Below, piece by piece: positions 54,929 through 64,000 of a stretch of 64,000 bases of DNA. This stretch comes from an uncultured Alphaproteobacteria bacterium (GTDB lineage: Bacteria; Pseudomonadota; Alphaproteobacteria; Rs-D84), in contig CALXLG010000003.1 of NCBI GenBank assembly GCA_944389135.1, positions 51,488 through 115,487 on the forward strand, given 5' to 3'. The position numbers were made by a program, and so were the translations under genes. Numbering within the stretch: position 1 is the first letter of the stretch; each line of letters begins with the position of its first letter. Below the pieces are notes generated by a model, which had not been told where the DNA came from, ran no database searches, and worked only from the letters and a program-made list of their open reading frames with translations.

Positions 54929-55558
54929 ATGATTGCAAAAAATACAAATTACGAAAGAGGCTCTGCCATATTAACAATCTTATTAATAATAATGGTAGTT
55001 GTAATTGGCTTTCTGATTTATTTATTGGCTGGTGGCAGTATACCTAAAGCAACTAAGACCGTTGGCGTAGAATCACCAACAATGGAAATCTCGGCATCAA
55101 AAACAGAAAACGAACAATTTTCAGACGGTCTTACCAACCTCGTTTCTTCAAAAAAGTTTAATTTAAATGAATTCGGCGAAGGAATTGCAGAACAAAACAT
55201 ATATGAATACGATATAAATAACGATGGGAAAAAAGACAGAATTACACGAACAAAAAACGAAAATGGAACACCTCACTTTTATTATGAATACAAAATAGAA
55301 TTAAATAAAAACGGGTCTTTTGTTGATATAACACCTGAGGGTTTTCGAACAACAGAAGGTGCAGAATGCGCGCTGCAGAAATTACAATTTGTATTCAAAC
55401 CAGATTTTAAGGTAATAAAAATTTCACGCGATTGGAAAGATTCTTGGGACACACCAAGTCTTGCCATACAAACAACGTATAATTTTTCAGACGGTAAAAT
55501 AATATCAACATCCGAAAAAGAACTACAAACAATATGTGATGTATCTGAATTATTTTAA
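54929..55558 (+). CDS. N-terminally anchored protein with a PilX/TadG-like hydrophobic N-terminus and a DxDxDG-like loop
   Basis: It contains NYERGSAILTILLIIMVVVIGF and YDINNDGKKDRI. It is 209 aa. Confidence 0.4.
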   Translation: MIAKNTNYERGSAILTILLIIMVVVIGFLIYLLAGGSIPKATKTVGVESPTMEISASKTENEQFSDGLTNLVSSKKFNLNEFGEGIAEQNIYEYDINNDGKKDRITRTKNENGTPHFYYEYKIELNKNGSFVDITPEGFRTTEGAECALQKLQFVFKPDFKVIKISRDWKDSWDTPSLAIQTTYNFSDGKIISTSEKELQTICDVSELF

Positions 55559-56230
55559 TAAATATAAATTACGTGCAGAATAAACTATTCCACCAGATAC
55601 AACATAATGGTCATACAACTCAATATCTAATGAAGTTAACACATCTTGTACTTGAGTGGTTAATTTTATGTCATCACTTGAAAAAGAAGTATTTGATGTC
55701 GGATGATTATGCAACAAAAGCACATATCTTGCATTAAGGTCTAATGCACGCTTTACAATTTCACGTGGATATACAGCTGCCCAATCAATTGTACCTATGC
55801 TATGTAAATCATCTGCCAACAAATGCATTCTGGCGTCAAAATATAAAACATGAAATTCTTCAACATTTTTACCTGCTAATAATAATTTACAATAATTAGC
55901 AAGTACTTTCTCATCATGAAAAACAGGTGCTTCATCAAGCTGTGCTTTATAACCTGATATCATAATACTATGAACCAGCTTTATAAAAATTGCTGTATTT
56001 TTACCAATACCTTTATATTCTGTTAATTTTTCTAGCGGTGCCGTTAAAACTTGTGAAATACTGCCGAATTTTGCCAGCAAACCACGCGCCAGCGGTCTGA
56101 CATCACGTCTTGGGATAACAAAACTTAATAATAATTCTAGCTTCTCGTAATCAGTAAGCTTATTATCCAGAAATTTCTGACGCAATCTTTCCCTGTGTCC
56201 TAAGTGAAAATTTAAATCTTCTGATTTCAC
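55550..56230 (-). CDS. radC: RadC-family (JAB/MPN) protein
   Basis: It has an N-terminal HhH region (LTDYEKLELLL) and the motif LLLHNHPTSNTSFSSDD. Confidence 0.85.
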   Translation of the reverse strand: MKSEDLNFHLGHRERLRQKFLDNKLTDYEKLELLLSFVIPRRDVRPLARGLLAKFGSISQVLTAPLEKLTEYKGIGKNTAIFIKLVHSIMISGYKAQLDEAPVFHDEKVLANYCKLLLAGKNVEEFHVLYFDARMHLLADDLHSIGTIDWAAVYPREIVKRALDLNARYVLLLHNHPTSNTSFSSDDIKLTTQVQDVLTSLDIELYDHYVVSGGIVYSARNLYLLK

Positions 56231-56249
56231 AACGGACCCCCATTTACAA

Positions 56250-57011
56250 TTAGCACATTTTTTCAGTAAATATAATTACGCCGTCTTCGGTTATACCCAA
56301 AGTGTGTTCCCATTGCGCCGACAAACCACCGTCTATTGTTCTTGCTGTCCAACCATCTGGGTCAATTTTACATTCTGGCCTGCCAGTATTAATCATTGGC
56401 TCTATAGTAAATACCAACCCTGGTACCATTTTTATTTTATCATATGCCTTATCATAAAAATGACAAATCTGCGGCTCATCATGCATAACTTTACCTATAC
56501 CATGGCCAACAAAGTCTCTGGAAATAGAAAAACCATGTGGTTTTACAACAGCTTCTATTGTCTTGCCTATTTCTGACAACGGAACCCCCGGCGCGCAAAC
56601 TGCAATGGCCGCATTCAAGGCATCTTGACACGTCTGAACTAATTCACATGCTTTTGGGGAAACATTGCCAATCATAAACATACGTGAAGAATCACCATGA
56701 AAGCCCTTATACTCTGCTGTTAAATCAACATTAACAATATCGCCATCTTTCAATATAACATCGTCGCTTGGTATTCCGTGCACAATAACATCATTTACAG
56801 ATGTACAAATATTTTTTGGATACCCTTGATACCCCAAATCAGAAGAACGTGCCCCGTTTTCTTTCAAAAAAGCCGCAACCATTCTATCAATTTCACCAGT
56901 AGAAATTCCGGCTTTTATATAAGGCGTAATATAATCAAAACAACGTGCAACCAAATCACCGACAACACGCAATCTTTTGAAATCTTTTGGGGCATAAACA
57001 GAAGCTAGCAT
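56250..57011 (-). CDS. map: Type I methionine aminopeptidase
   Basis: It shows the MetAP fold pattern (VIVHGIP, DIVNVDL, GHGIG, FTIEP, QWEHT). The ATG at 57011 is preferred over the upstream start at 57050, which overlaps holA. Confidence 0.88.
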   Translation of the reverse strand: MLASVYAPKDFKRLRVVGDLVARCFDYITPYIKAGISTGEIDRMVAAFLKENGARSSDLGYQGYPKNICTSVNDVIVHGIPSDDVILKDGDIVNVDLTAEYKGFHGDSSRMFMIGNVSPKACELVQTCQDALNAAIAVCAPGVPLSEIGKTIEAVVKPHGFSISRDFVGHGIGKVMHDEPQICHFYDKAYDKIKMVPGLVFTIEPMINTGRPECKIDPDGWTARTIDGGLSAQWEHTLGITEDGVIIFTEKMC

Positions 57012-57015
57012 TTTA

Positions 57016-58005
57016 TTATTTCCTTCTTTTAATAGATAATTTAGCGGCACGAACGGCCAACTTTAAAGCAAAATCTCGTAATAAAATTTCAGACGGCATA
57101 CCTGTTGTACGCAATTGCTTTTCTAGCTCGTTCAAGCGAACTAATACTGCCGTAATTTCAGACTCTGGCCATATCTTAATTGCCATATTAAACTTTTCTG
57201 CAACTTTCCAGAAAAGTCTTGGCAACTGCCCCTCAACAACTGCCGTTAATAATTTCTTAAAGTGTATATCCAACATTCTGACCAGCATATTTGGTTCAAC
57301 ATTATCATACAACAATCTGTCCAAAGCCATCATTGTTTGCTGAATATGCCCCGCTGTCAAAGAATATAAAAAGTCATCAGTATCTGCAGCACCAGTATCT
57401 GGCAAACACTTTTCAACATCTTCTAGTTCAACTATTTTTTTATCATCAACGTACAGTGCTATTTTTGCCAAGAACCCGCGGGTAATCCCCCTATCACCAC
57501 CAAGATGCGATGTCATATACGCCATTGCATCTGGCGTAATTTGCTGTATACCCGCTGCTGCAGAAAGTTCTTTCCTAATTATATTCGCCAAAGAACGCGC
57601 ATCATCTGTATAACATGGCAAGGCAGCAATATTTTCACCACTTTCAAATAAAGACCGCAACCCACCACCAGAACGCAAATCCCCAGCTGTCACAATAACT
57701 GTTGCGCACAAACCATTATGATTTATTAAACTTGCAATATTTTTAGCGTCGCTGTCACCAGCATTGGATATCAAAATAAGTTTGCGACCACCAAACATTG
57801 ACGGACTGCAAGCCTCTGCAAATAAAGCATCTTGCTTGTCCCGCAATTCGTCTGAATCTAAGGCAAAAAGATTATCCCTGTCTATTTCTAATTTTTCAAC
57901 GGCTTTATCACACAGTTCGTCTACCTGCCCTGCATCTTGCCCATAAATTAACACAGCTTTGATGCGCTCAATTCCGCTATTAAAATCTGCTTCTTTCCAC
58001 TTCAT
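57016..58005 (-). CDS. holA: DNA polymerase III subunit delta
   Basis: 329 aa. The N-terminal ...VLIYGQDAGQVDE... is clamp-loader-like, and the gene overlaps lptE by 4 nt in the conserved lptE-holA order. Confidence 0.65.
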   Translation of the reverse strand: MKWKEADFNSGIERIKAVLIYGQDAGQVDELCDKAVEKLEIDRDNLFALDSDELRDKQDALFAEACSPSMFGGRKLILISNAGDSDAKNIASLINHNGLCATVIVTAGDLRSGGGLRSLFESGENIAALPCYTDDARSLANIIRKELSAAAGIQQITPDAMAYMTSHLGGDRGITRGFLAKIALYVDDKKIVELEDVEKCLPDTGAADTDDFLYSLTAGHIQQTMMALDRLLYDNVEPNMLVRMLDIHFKKLLTAVVEGQLPRLFWKVAEKFNMAIKIWPESEITAVLVRLNELEKQLRTTGMPSEILLRDFALKLAVRAAKLSIKRRK

Positions 58006-58487
58006 TTTTTGTCGGCACCACCATTTTCATAACGATATGTCTCTGCAATCGTTCTGGTTCCTATTTTATCTGCCAAAACTTTTATCGTATTCTGAACGGC
58101 ATTATTATAAGATGCATTTGCTGCAACAAGATAACGCACAAAAGAATACGATTCAGATGCAGCTTCACGCCCCTTGGCAATTTCTTTACCATCAACAGTT
58201 AACACATAATCCGCATTTAATACAATTTCTTGCCAAGTTGCATCACCTGTTGACTCCAGTGCTTTATATTGAGTTTCAGGAACATGCAAATTAACAGTAA
58301 GCGTATACTTTGCATTTGCTTCCCTTTGACCGCCAAATTTAGCATTTAAACTATTACGCAGCTCTATGCCATTAATACCACTTATTGGCGCAACGTATAT
58401 ATCTGTATCCTGCCCGTAAAACATAGGCTTAAAACCGCATGCCGATAAAACGAAACAAAGGAATAAAATTATTTTTTTCATATTCAA
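58002..58487 (-). CDS. lptE: LPS-assembly lipoprotein LptE
   Basis: It has a lipobox (VLSACGFKPMF). Its size and its position upstream of holA fit LptE. Confidence 0.65.
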   Translation of the reverse strand: MNMKKIILFLCFVLSACGFKPMFYGQDTDIYVAPISGINGIELRNSLNAKFGGQREANAKYTLTVNLHVPETQYKALESTGDATWQEIVLNADYVLTVDGKEIAKGREAASESYSFVRYLVAANASYNNAVQNTIKVLADKIGTRTIAETYRYENGGADKK

Positions 58488-58549
58488 ACCGTTTTCCTAT
58501 TGCATTTTATCCTTATATTACCTAGACTTTTAATAAATCGCAAGAGGGA

Positions 58550-59791
58550 ATGATGAATATTTTTATTATGATGTTAGTAGCTATATTCATGTTGGGCTTT
58601 TATGTTATCAACAGCCCCAGTCAACGCGTTCCCGAACAAGAAACAGAATACGCGATAAACAAATCTGATTTACGCTCTATTGCCGAATGCGCTGTTGCAA
58701 AGCACAACGCACAAATTAAGGGGTACGACTTTCAAGATATTTGCATTGAACAAAACGAAATCAAAAGTCAATTTGTTTGCTTAAACTCTAGTATGCGAAT
58801 AACCTCTTGTGAAATGGTCAGGAATAAAAAGCCGGATTACAGTTATATCATAACTACTACCAAACCACTTGCTGGTGATAACTATAACAATATGCTTGAA
58901 ATAATTGAGCAATACTTTCCAGACACAGGGGCTTTTGGTATCTTGCTAGATAATAAAATTATGTCTGGTAATCAATCAAACGCCAACACTATTCCCAAAG
59001 CAATTATTGACGAGTTAGAACTAGAAAGTGGGCAGTTAATTTATTTTACTCAGTATGAATTACCTGACACAGAAACAGAATTCGCCACTCCTTCTGAAAC
59101 AGAATTAAATTGCCCTGTTGGCACTGTAAAAACATACAGATTTAGCCGTTGGCAATGCATCCCATACAACACTAAGACAGATTGTGGGGGTGATACTATA
59201 TGGGATTCGGATTTAATGGAATGCGTTGCAGACGAATCAAAAAAGCCTTTGTGTGCTTCGCAACAAACTGCAGTATTAGTTGATAGCGTGTGGGAATGCG
59301 TTAACCCGTTCCCAGAAAAAGTTTGCCCTAATAACATGGTTGCGAAATTAAATTATGCAACTTTGGAATGGGAATGTGTCGCAGACCCTAATTCAATAGA
59401 GACTGTAAAAAAATGTCAAAATGTAACCCAAGGGGCAATATACGGTGGAATTGGTTCTACTGTGCGCGTACCATCAAATTCTTGTACAGATTGTGAAAAA
59501 ATGTTAACTGACCCAGAAACATGCGTTTCAATATGTGTCCCAGACCCCAGTAAAGTAAATTCACCTAGTTGCTATCCAGGAGACGTAAAAGCATGTAGTG
59601 GAAATTCAAAAGCTTTATACTTTGGCTTCCCCAGCTATTCATATGCAGCAAATGTTGAAGAAATAAAAGATAAAAACCTGCAACTAGATAGAAAGCACTC
59701 GCAAAATAGAAAATTTAATTGTTTAGATTGTGGGGACGGCGAAATAGACGAAGCAAGGTCTTTTCCACCATACATTGCCAACTGCAAATAA
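58550..59791 (+). CDS. Cys-rich repeat protein with an N-terminal hydrophobic anchor
   Basis: 413 aa. The N-terminus is MMNIFIMMLVAIFMLGFYV. The C-terminal half has recurring W(Q/E)C(I/V) modules (RWQCIP, LMECVAD, VWECVNP, EWECVAD) and about 25 Cys. Confidence 0.5.
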   Translation: MMNIFIMMLVAIFMLGFYVINSPSQRVPEQETEYAINKSDLRSIAECAVAKHNAQIKGYDFQDICIEQNEIKSQFVCLNSSMRITSCEMVRNKKPDYSYIITTTKPLAGDNYNNMLEIIEQYFPDTGAFGILLDNKIMSGNQSNANTIPKAIIDELELESGQLIYFTQYELPDTETEFATPSETELNCPVGTVKTYRFSRWQCIPYNTKTDCGGDTIWDSDLMECVADESKKPLCASQQTAVLVDSVWECVNPFPEKVCPNNMVAKLNYATLEWECVADPNSIETVKKCQNVTQGAIYGGIGSTVRVPSNSCTDCEKMLTDPETCVSICVPDPSKVNSPSCYPGDVKACSGNSKALYFGFPSYSYAANVEEIKDKNLQLDRKHSQNRKFNCLDCGDGEIDEARSFPPYIANCK

Positions 59792-59812
59792 AAAGCGCCT
59801 TGTGGCGCGCTT

Positions 59813-60358
59813 TTATTTTTCTAGTGCTTTTATTTCTGAAAGAATTCTGGCTGCTTGTAAAGACAAATCGTTATACTCTGCATCAAATTTTTGCAAATCA
59901 TTTTCAGCTTGCGCGTATACTTCCGCACTTCTTTCCAATTTATCCATATTTATTTCACAAGCAAACATATTATCTTCTAGTTTAGATAACTTTGATTCTA
60001 GCTGTGCATATTCTTCTTGCAGGGCGTTTATCTTTGGCTTATGAACAACTTCTTTATATTTTTTATAAAAACTTTCTGCACTGGATAATTCTTCTTTGAC
60101 TTTTTCTATACCTGATTTAAAACCTTGCAAAGAATTAATTTTATCCTCATATTCTGAAATATCGTGTCGCGCATCCATAACTTCTTCACGGTCATGGCGA
60201 TTCCTTTCAATATAGCCCTGCAAATCAATAATTGCACGTTGGAATTGCGCAATCTTTTCATCGGCTTCTTGTGCCTTTTGCTTTTTTTGTTTTAGCTCTG
60301 GCACTTTTTTATCAACCACACCTTTTAATATACCAAAAATATTTTGAACATTTTTCAT
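59813..60358 (-). CDS. Coiled-coil protein of unknown function
   Basis: The ATG at 60358 follows the RBS aggtgg. The product is heptad-rich and charged. The terminator at 59789-59815 is shared. Confidence 0.45.
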   Translation of the reverse strand: MKNVQNIFGILKGVVDKKVPELKQKKQKAQEADEKIAQFQRAIIDLQGYIERNRHDREEVMDARHDISEYEDKINSLQGFKSGIEKVKEELSSAESFYKKYKEVVHKPKINALQEEYAQLESKLSKLEDNMFACEINMDKLERSAEVYAQAENDLQKFDAEYNDLSLQAARILSEIKALEK

Positions 60359-60446
60359 ATAAACCACCTATTAATACATAATATACCATTTTTTATAAAA
60401 GTATCATATAAAAAAATCTGGGGATATAACCCCAGATTTATCCTAA

Positions 60447-62039
60447 TTATTCACCTTGACTGTGATGAACAAATTCACCCCTGTCCAACATTTCACGAAC
60501 AGCAAAATGCTTTATCTTCTTTGCAGAAGTCTGTGGCAATTCTTCTTCTGTTATTGCGAAATGCTTTACCCATTTATAAGGCGCAATTTTTAAGTTAGAT
60601 GCTTTTAATAACATCGCAACTTTTGCAACTGTTGTGCCTGGTTTTACTTGGAATACCGCAAAAGGTACAATTTTACCTTTTATAACATATTCAAAGACCG
60701 CTGCAGCCAAAATATCTTCGTTCTGCAAATATAAGTCTTCCAATTCATCTGGGTATACGTTTTTACCGCTATCTAAAACAATTACTTGTTTTTTGCGTCC
60801 TTTTACAATCAAGCGCCCGTATTTATCTAGCTTGCCCAGATCACCTGTTTTAAACCAACCGTTTTCAAACGCGGCTGCATTAGCCTCATCGTTTTCAACG
60901 TATCCCGGCATAACCAGATTACCACGAACCCAAATTTCACCGATACCATGCTTATCAGGATTATGAATTTCTATTTCATTACCTGGCAACGGTCCCGCAT
61001 AATGCATTGAACCATCAGGCATACGAAATGCGAAATTAAAGTTCGCAGGTCCTGTTGTTTCTGTTAACCCGTAACAATCACCAACTACAAAGCCCAAATT
61101 TTCAAAAAACTTTCTAATAGAAGGTTTTAACGTTGCCCCAGCAGATACCAAAACTTTTGTATTTCCACCAAACAAATCGTGAACAGGTTTAGTTACTTTA
61201 TTCACCAACCAACCCATACCAATCGAACGTAAAACCGTTCGTAAAGAAACAACTACACGCATTAATGTATAAACGTGCTTTTCTTTGGCGGCTGCTACAA
61301 TTTTCTTATAGAAAGCCTCCCAGATACGTGGAACTGCTGGTATAACTTCTGGTCTAAATTCTTGGAAGTCTTTCAAGAATTCGCGCGGGTTTAAAATTGG
61401 TTGTAACAGCAATTTACCTTCCAATACTAACGGTGCAATAATATTAATAACCACACCATATATATGATATAAAGGCAAAAAACCATAAAAAGTATATCCT
61501 GGATGTATTACAGGTTTATAAAACAAAGCCCCCTGCCCCAGCGATAAAATATTGTCATGCGTTAACCCAACAACTTTTGGATTTCCTGTTGAACCAGACG
61601 TAAAAGATAACATTGCAATATCTTCACGTGTTGCATCAGCCACAACAAATTCACTTTCATCGGTATCATCAGGCGTTTCAATGTCGTACATTTTTGGCCC
61701 GCCTTCTATGAAATAGTTCTTTTGTGCCAATGCAAGTTTACAATCGGTGCGCTTCATCATATTCAGATGTTCTGTTTGAGACAAACCTGTATCTAACATC
61801 AAAACACGCGCCCCCTGTGAAGTAATTGCAAAATAAGACTTTATAAATTCAGGTGTATTGCCAGATAAAATTGCAACTGTATCACCCTTTTTTATACCGA
61901 ACTTTTTTGCTAGTAAAACAGCACGCTGCTTTACTTTTCTTAATAAATCTGCATACGTTTCATTCTGTCTGACAAAGAAAATACGGTCTTTGTTCTGAGA
62001 ACAAACGTCCTGCAACATTTCATATATGTTTTTCATCAT
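60447..62039 (-). CDS. AMP-dependent synthetase/ligase (long-chain fatty-acid--CoA ligase-like)
   Basis: It has the AMP-binding motif SFTSGSTGNPKVV and a GWFKTGDLG motif. It is 530 aa. Confidence 0.8.
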   Translation of the reverse strand: MMKNIYEMLQDVCSQNKDRIFFVRQNETYADLLRKVKQRAVLLAKKFGIKKGDTVAILSGNTPEFIKSYFAITSQGARVLMLDTGLSQTEHLNMMKRTDCKLALAQKNYFIEGGPKMYDIETPDDTDESEFVVADATREDIAMLSFTSGSTGNPKVVGLTHDNILSLGQGALFYKPVIHPGYTFYGFLPLYHIYGVVINIIAPLVLEGKLLLQPILNPREFLKDFQEFRPEVIPAVPRIWEAFYKKIVAAAKEKHVYTLMRVVVSLRTVLRSIGMGWLVNKVTKPVHDLFGGNTKVLVSAGATLKPSIRKFFENLGFVVGDCYGLTETTGPANFNFAFRMPDGSMHYAGPLPGNEIEIHNPDKHGIGEIWVRGNLVMPGYVENDEANAAAFENGWFKTGDLGKLDKYGRLIVKGRKKQVIVLDSGKNVYPDELEDLYLQNEDILAAAVFEYVIKGKIVPFAVFQVKPGTTVAKVAMLLKASNLKIAPYKWVKHFAITEEELPQTSAKKIKHFAVREMLDRGEFVHHSQGE

Positions 62040-62405
62040 AACCTATTTACCCTTGGTTTCGGTTAAATCAAATCTAGACCACCATGGTCTAAACACAGTT
62101 AAAGTATACACCGTTTTTCATCGGAAAAACAACCTATTTAACAAAACAAGAAAAAATGAAACCAAAAAGCACTTTTTGTCAATATATAGACAACGATTCG
62201 TTATTTTTTATCTATATTTTGTATTTTTATAAAAAAACGAATCTTTTATTCATAAAAAATTAATATATTTACAGTACAAAAATACGTTTGGTGTCTTGTC
62301 TTTATAAGCCGATTGTCTTCCTAAGCCTTGAAAAGTGGGCTGTTCAAAAAGTAAAGCAAAAAATGCAAAAAAATTTTATTTTTAATTATTGATAGAGAAT
62401 CGGTT

Positions 62406-62421
62406 ATACTATATATTGTAA
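62406..62421 (+). promoter_or_regulatory. NrdR box 1 (candidate)
   Basis: atACTATATATTGTaa fits the NrdR-box consensus acaCwAtATaTwGtgt in about 13 of 16 positions. Confidence 0.55.
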
Positions 62422-62438
62422 TCAAATCAACAAACAAA

Positions 62439-62454
62439 CTACTATATATTGTAT
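62439..62454 (+). promoter_or_regulatory. NrdR box 2 (candidate)
   Basis: ctACTATATATTGTat has a 12-nt core identical to box 1. It lies 33 bp downstream of box 1, about three helical turns, and 25 nt before the nrdD ATG. Confidence 0.55.
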
Positions 62455-62478
62455 TTTTAAGAATTTCGGAGTTAAGCC

Positions 62479-64000
62479 ATGTCTATGACATCAGAAGAAA
62501 ATAAAATACAGATAATTCTTACACTTAGCACCAAGCTGAAGGTTGTGCAAAAGCGTTCTGGTGAAACTGTCCCATTTGATGCTAAAAAGATATTTGATGC
62601 AATAAAGAAGGCTGTTGCGGTTACCAAAGAAATAACAGACGAGCAAGTAGCACATATTACCCAAAATGTTCTACAAAAACTGGAAGCAAAATTTATTGAT
62701 AAAACACCAACTGTTGAAAACGTTCAAGAAACAGTTATTGAATCTTTGATGGATGCCAAAGCTTATAAAACAGCGGAAGCTTATATAATTTATCGCCAGA
62801 AACGTACTGAGATTCGTGATTCTTATGTAGATGCTGTTGAAGTCATAGAAGGTTATGTTGGCGGTTCAAATTGGCGCATAAAAGAAAATGCAAATATTGG
62901 TTATTCTATTGGTGGTTTAATTTTACGTACAAGTGAAAGAGTAACTGCAGAATATTGGCTGAACTTGTACCCAAAAGAAATCGCAGAAGCACATAAAAAT
63001 GCTGCCATTCATATTCACGACTTAGGTTGGCTGACAGGTTATTGTGCAGGTTGGTCTTTGCGTGAATTATTATACGAAGGTTTTAATGGCGTTCCTGGTT
63101 ATTTACAGTGTGGACCTGCAAAACATATGGCAACGGCAATTTCACATATGGTGAATTTCTTGGGCACCCTGCAGAATGAATTCGCAGGCGCACAGGCTTT
63201 CTCATCAGTTGACACATATCTTGCACCATATGTAAGAATTGATAACTTATCTTATGCAGATGTAAAAAATTCAATGCAGACGCTTATCTTTAACTGCGCA
63301 GTTCCTTGTCGTTGGGGTACACAAACACCGTTTATTAACTTTACATTTGACTGGACTTGCCCAGAAGACTTAAAGAAACAACGTCCTTTTGTTGGTGGAA
63401 AGCAGGTAGACTTTACATACGGTGATTTACAAGCAGAAATGGATATGATTAATAAGGCTTTCTTGGAAGTTATGACCGAAGGTGATGCTCAAGGACGCCC
63501 ATTTACATTTCCAATTCCAACATACAATATAACTAATGATTTTCCTTGGAACCACCCAAATGTAAAACCATTATTTGATTTGGCCGCAAAATACGGGATA
63601 CCAAATTTCCAAAATTTCTTAAATTCTGATTTAAACCCAACAGACGTTCGCTCTATGTGTTGCAGATTGCGTCTTGATGTCCGCGAACTATTAAAGCGTG
63701 GTGGTGGTTTGTTTGGTTCTGCAGAAAAGACAGGTTCTATCGGTGTTGTTACAATTAACCTGTCAAGACTGGGTTATACACACAAAGGCGATAGAGATGG
63801 CCTATTTACAGAACTAAAGCGTTTATTAGAAATGGGGCGTGATTCTTTGGAAATTAAGCGTCGTATAATAACAAAGAATATGGAACGTGGATTATACCCG
63901 TTTACAAAACGTTATTTGGGTAATTGGAATCATCACTTTTCAACAATTGGTGTAAATGGTGCAAACGAAATGGTTCGTAATTTTACAAACGACAAAGAAA
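62479..64000 (+). CDS. nrdD: Anaerobic ribonucleoside-triphosphate reductase (class III), 3' end beyond the window
   Basis: This ORF is not in the track because it has no stop in the window. It has an N-terminal ATP-cone (KVVQKRSGETVPFDAKKIFDAIKKA) and the SMCCRLRLD motif. Confidence 0.85.
   Translation, partial: MSMTSEENKIQIILTLSTKLKVVQKRSGETVPFDAKKIFDAIKKAVAVTKEITDEQVAHITQNVLQKLEAKFIDKTPTVENVQETVIESLMDAKAYKTAEAYIIYRQKRTEIRDSYVDAVEVIEGYVGGSNWRIKENANIGYSIGGLILRTSERVTAEYWLNLYPKEIAEAHKNAAIHIHDLGWLTGYCAGWSLRELLYEGFNGVPGYLQCGPAKHMATAISHMVNFLGTLQNEFAGAQAFSSVDTYLAPYVRIDNLSYADVKNSMQTLIFNCAVPCRWGTQTPFINFTFDWTCPEDLKKQRPFVGGKQVDFTYGDLQAEMDMINKAFLEVMTEGDAQGRPFTFPIPTYNITNDFPWNHPNVKPLFDLAAKYGIPNFQNFLNSDLNPTDVRSMCCRLRLDVRELLKRGGGLFGSAEKTGSIGVVTINLSRLGYTHKGDRDGLFTELKRLLEMGRDSLEIKRRIITKNMERGLYPFTKRYLGNWNHHFSTIGVNGANEMVRNFTNDKE

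Overview
This is an AT-rich bacterial chromosome segment. No composition statistics were computed and no database search was run; all product calls rest on motifs I recognise in the supplied translations. The housekeeping genes and their order look alphaproteobacterial: rne, tRNA-His/Ala, frr-uppS-cdsA-rseP-bamA, birA, lpxI, priA, miaA, gap, parC, zapA, radC-map-holA-lptE and nrdD. I infer a host-associated lineage, because LRR proteins, T4SS-like pieces and a phage relic are scattered among core genes. Seven things stand out. (1) A ~14 kb podovirus-like structural and lysis gene cluster lies on the minus strand (15.6-29.4 kb). It has no integrase or phage polymerase module. Its large-terminase gene is split into an intact ATPase ORF and an intact nuclease ORF by a 3.3 kb plus-strand insert carrying dnaB, a double-HTH regulator and an unknown ORF. 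(2) Three tRNA loci (His, Leu, Asp) are flanked by tandem or direct repeats that copy pieces of the adjacent tRNA and carry GC-rich hairpin modules. One ~80 nt core is shared between the His and Leu loci. (3) Two diverged copies of a ~170-220 nt intergenic element (12.7-12.9 kb minus strand, 46.0-46.2 kb plus strand) keep their helices through compensatory substitutions, making them a candidate new structured RNA family. (4) A ~190 nt sRNA candidate is bounded by a promoter and a terminator and has two CU-rich (anti-Shine-Dalgarno-like) loops. (5) Two tandem paralogous 20-residue-LRR genes lie next to the tRNA-His repeat array. (6) A lipoprotein, two VirB8-like proteins and a secreted protein form an operon after bamA, and an orphan VirB11-like ATPase lies 24 kb away. 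(7) There is a very AT-rich glycosyltransferase islet, and two paralogs share a WRNxNPG domain around zapA.
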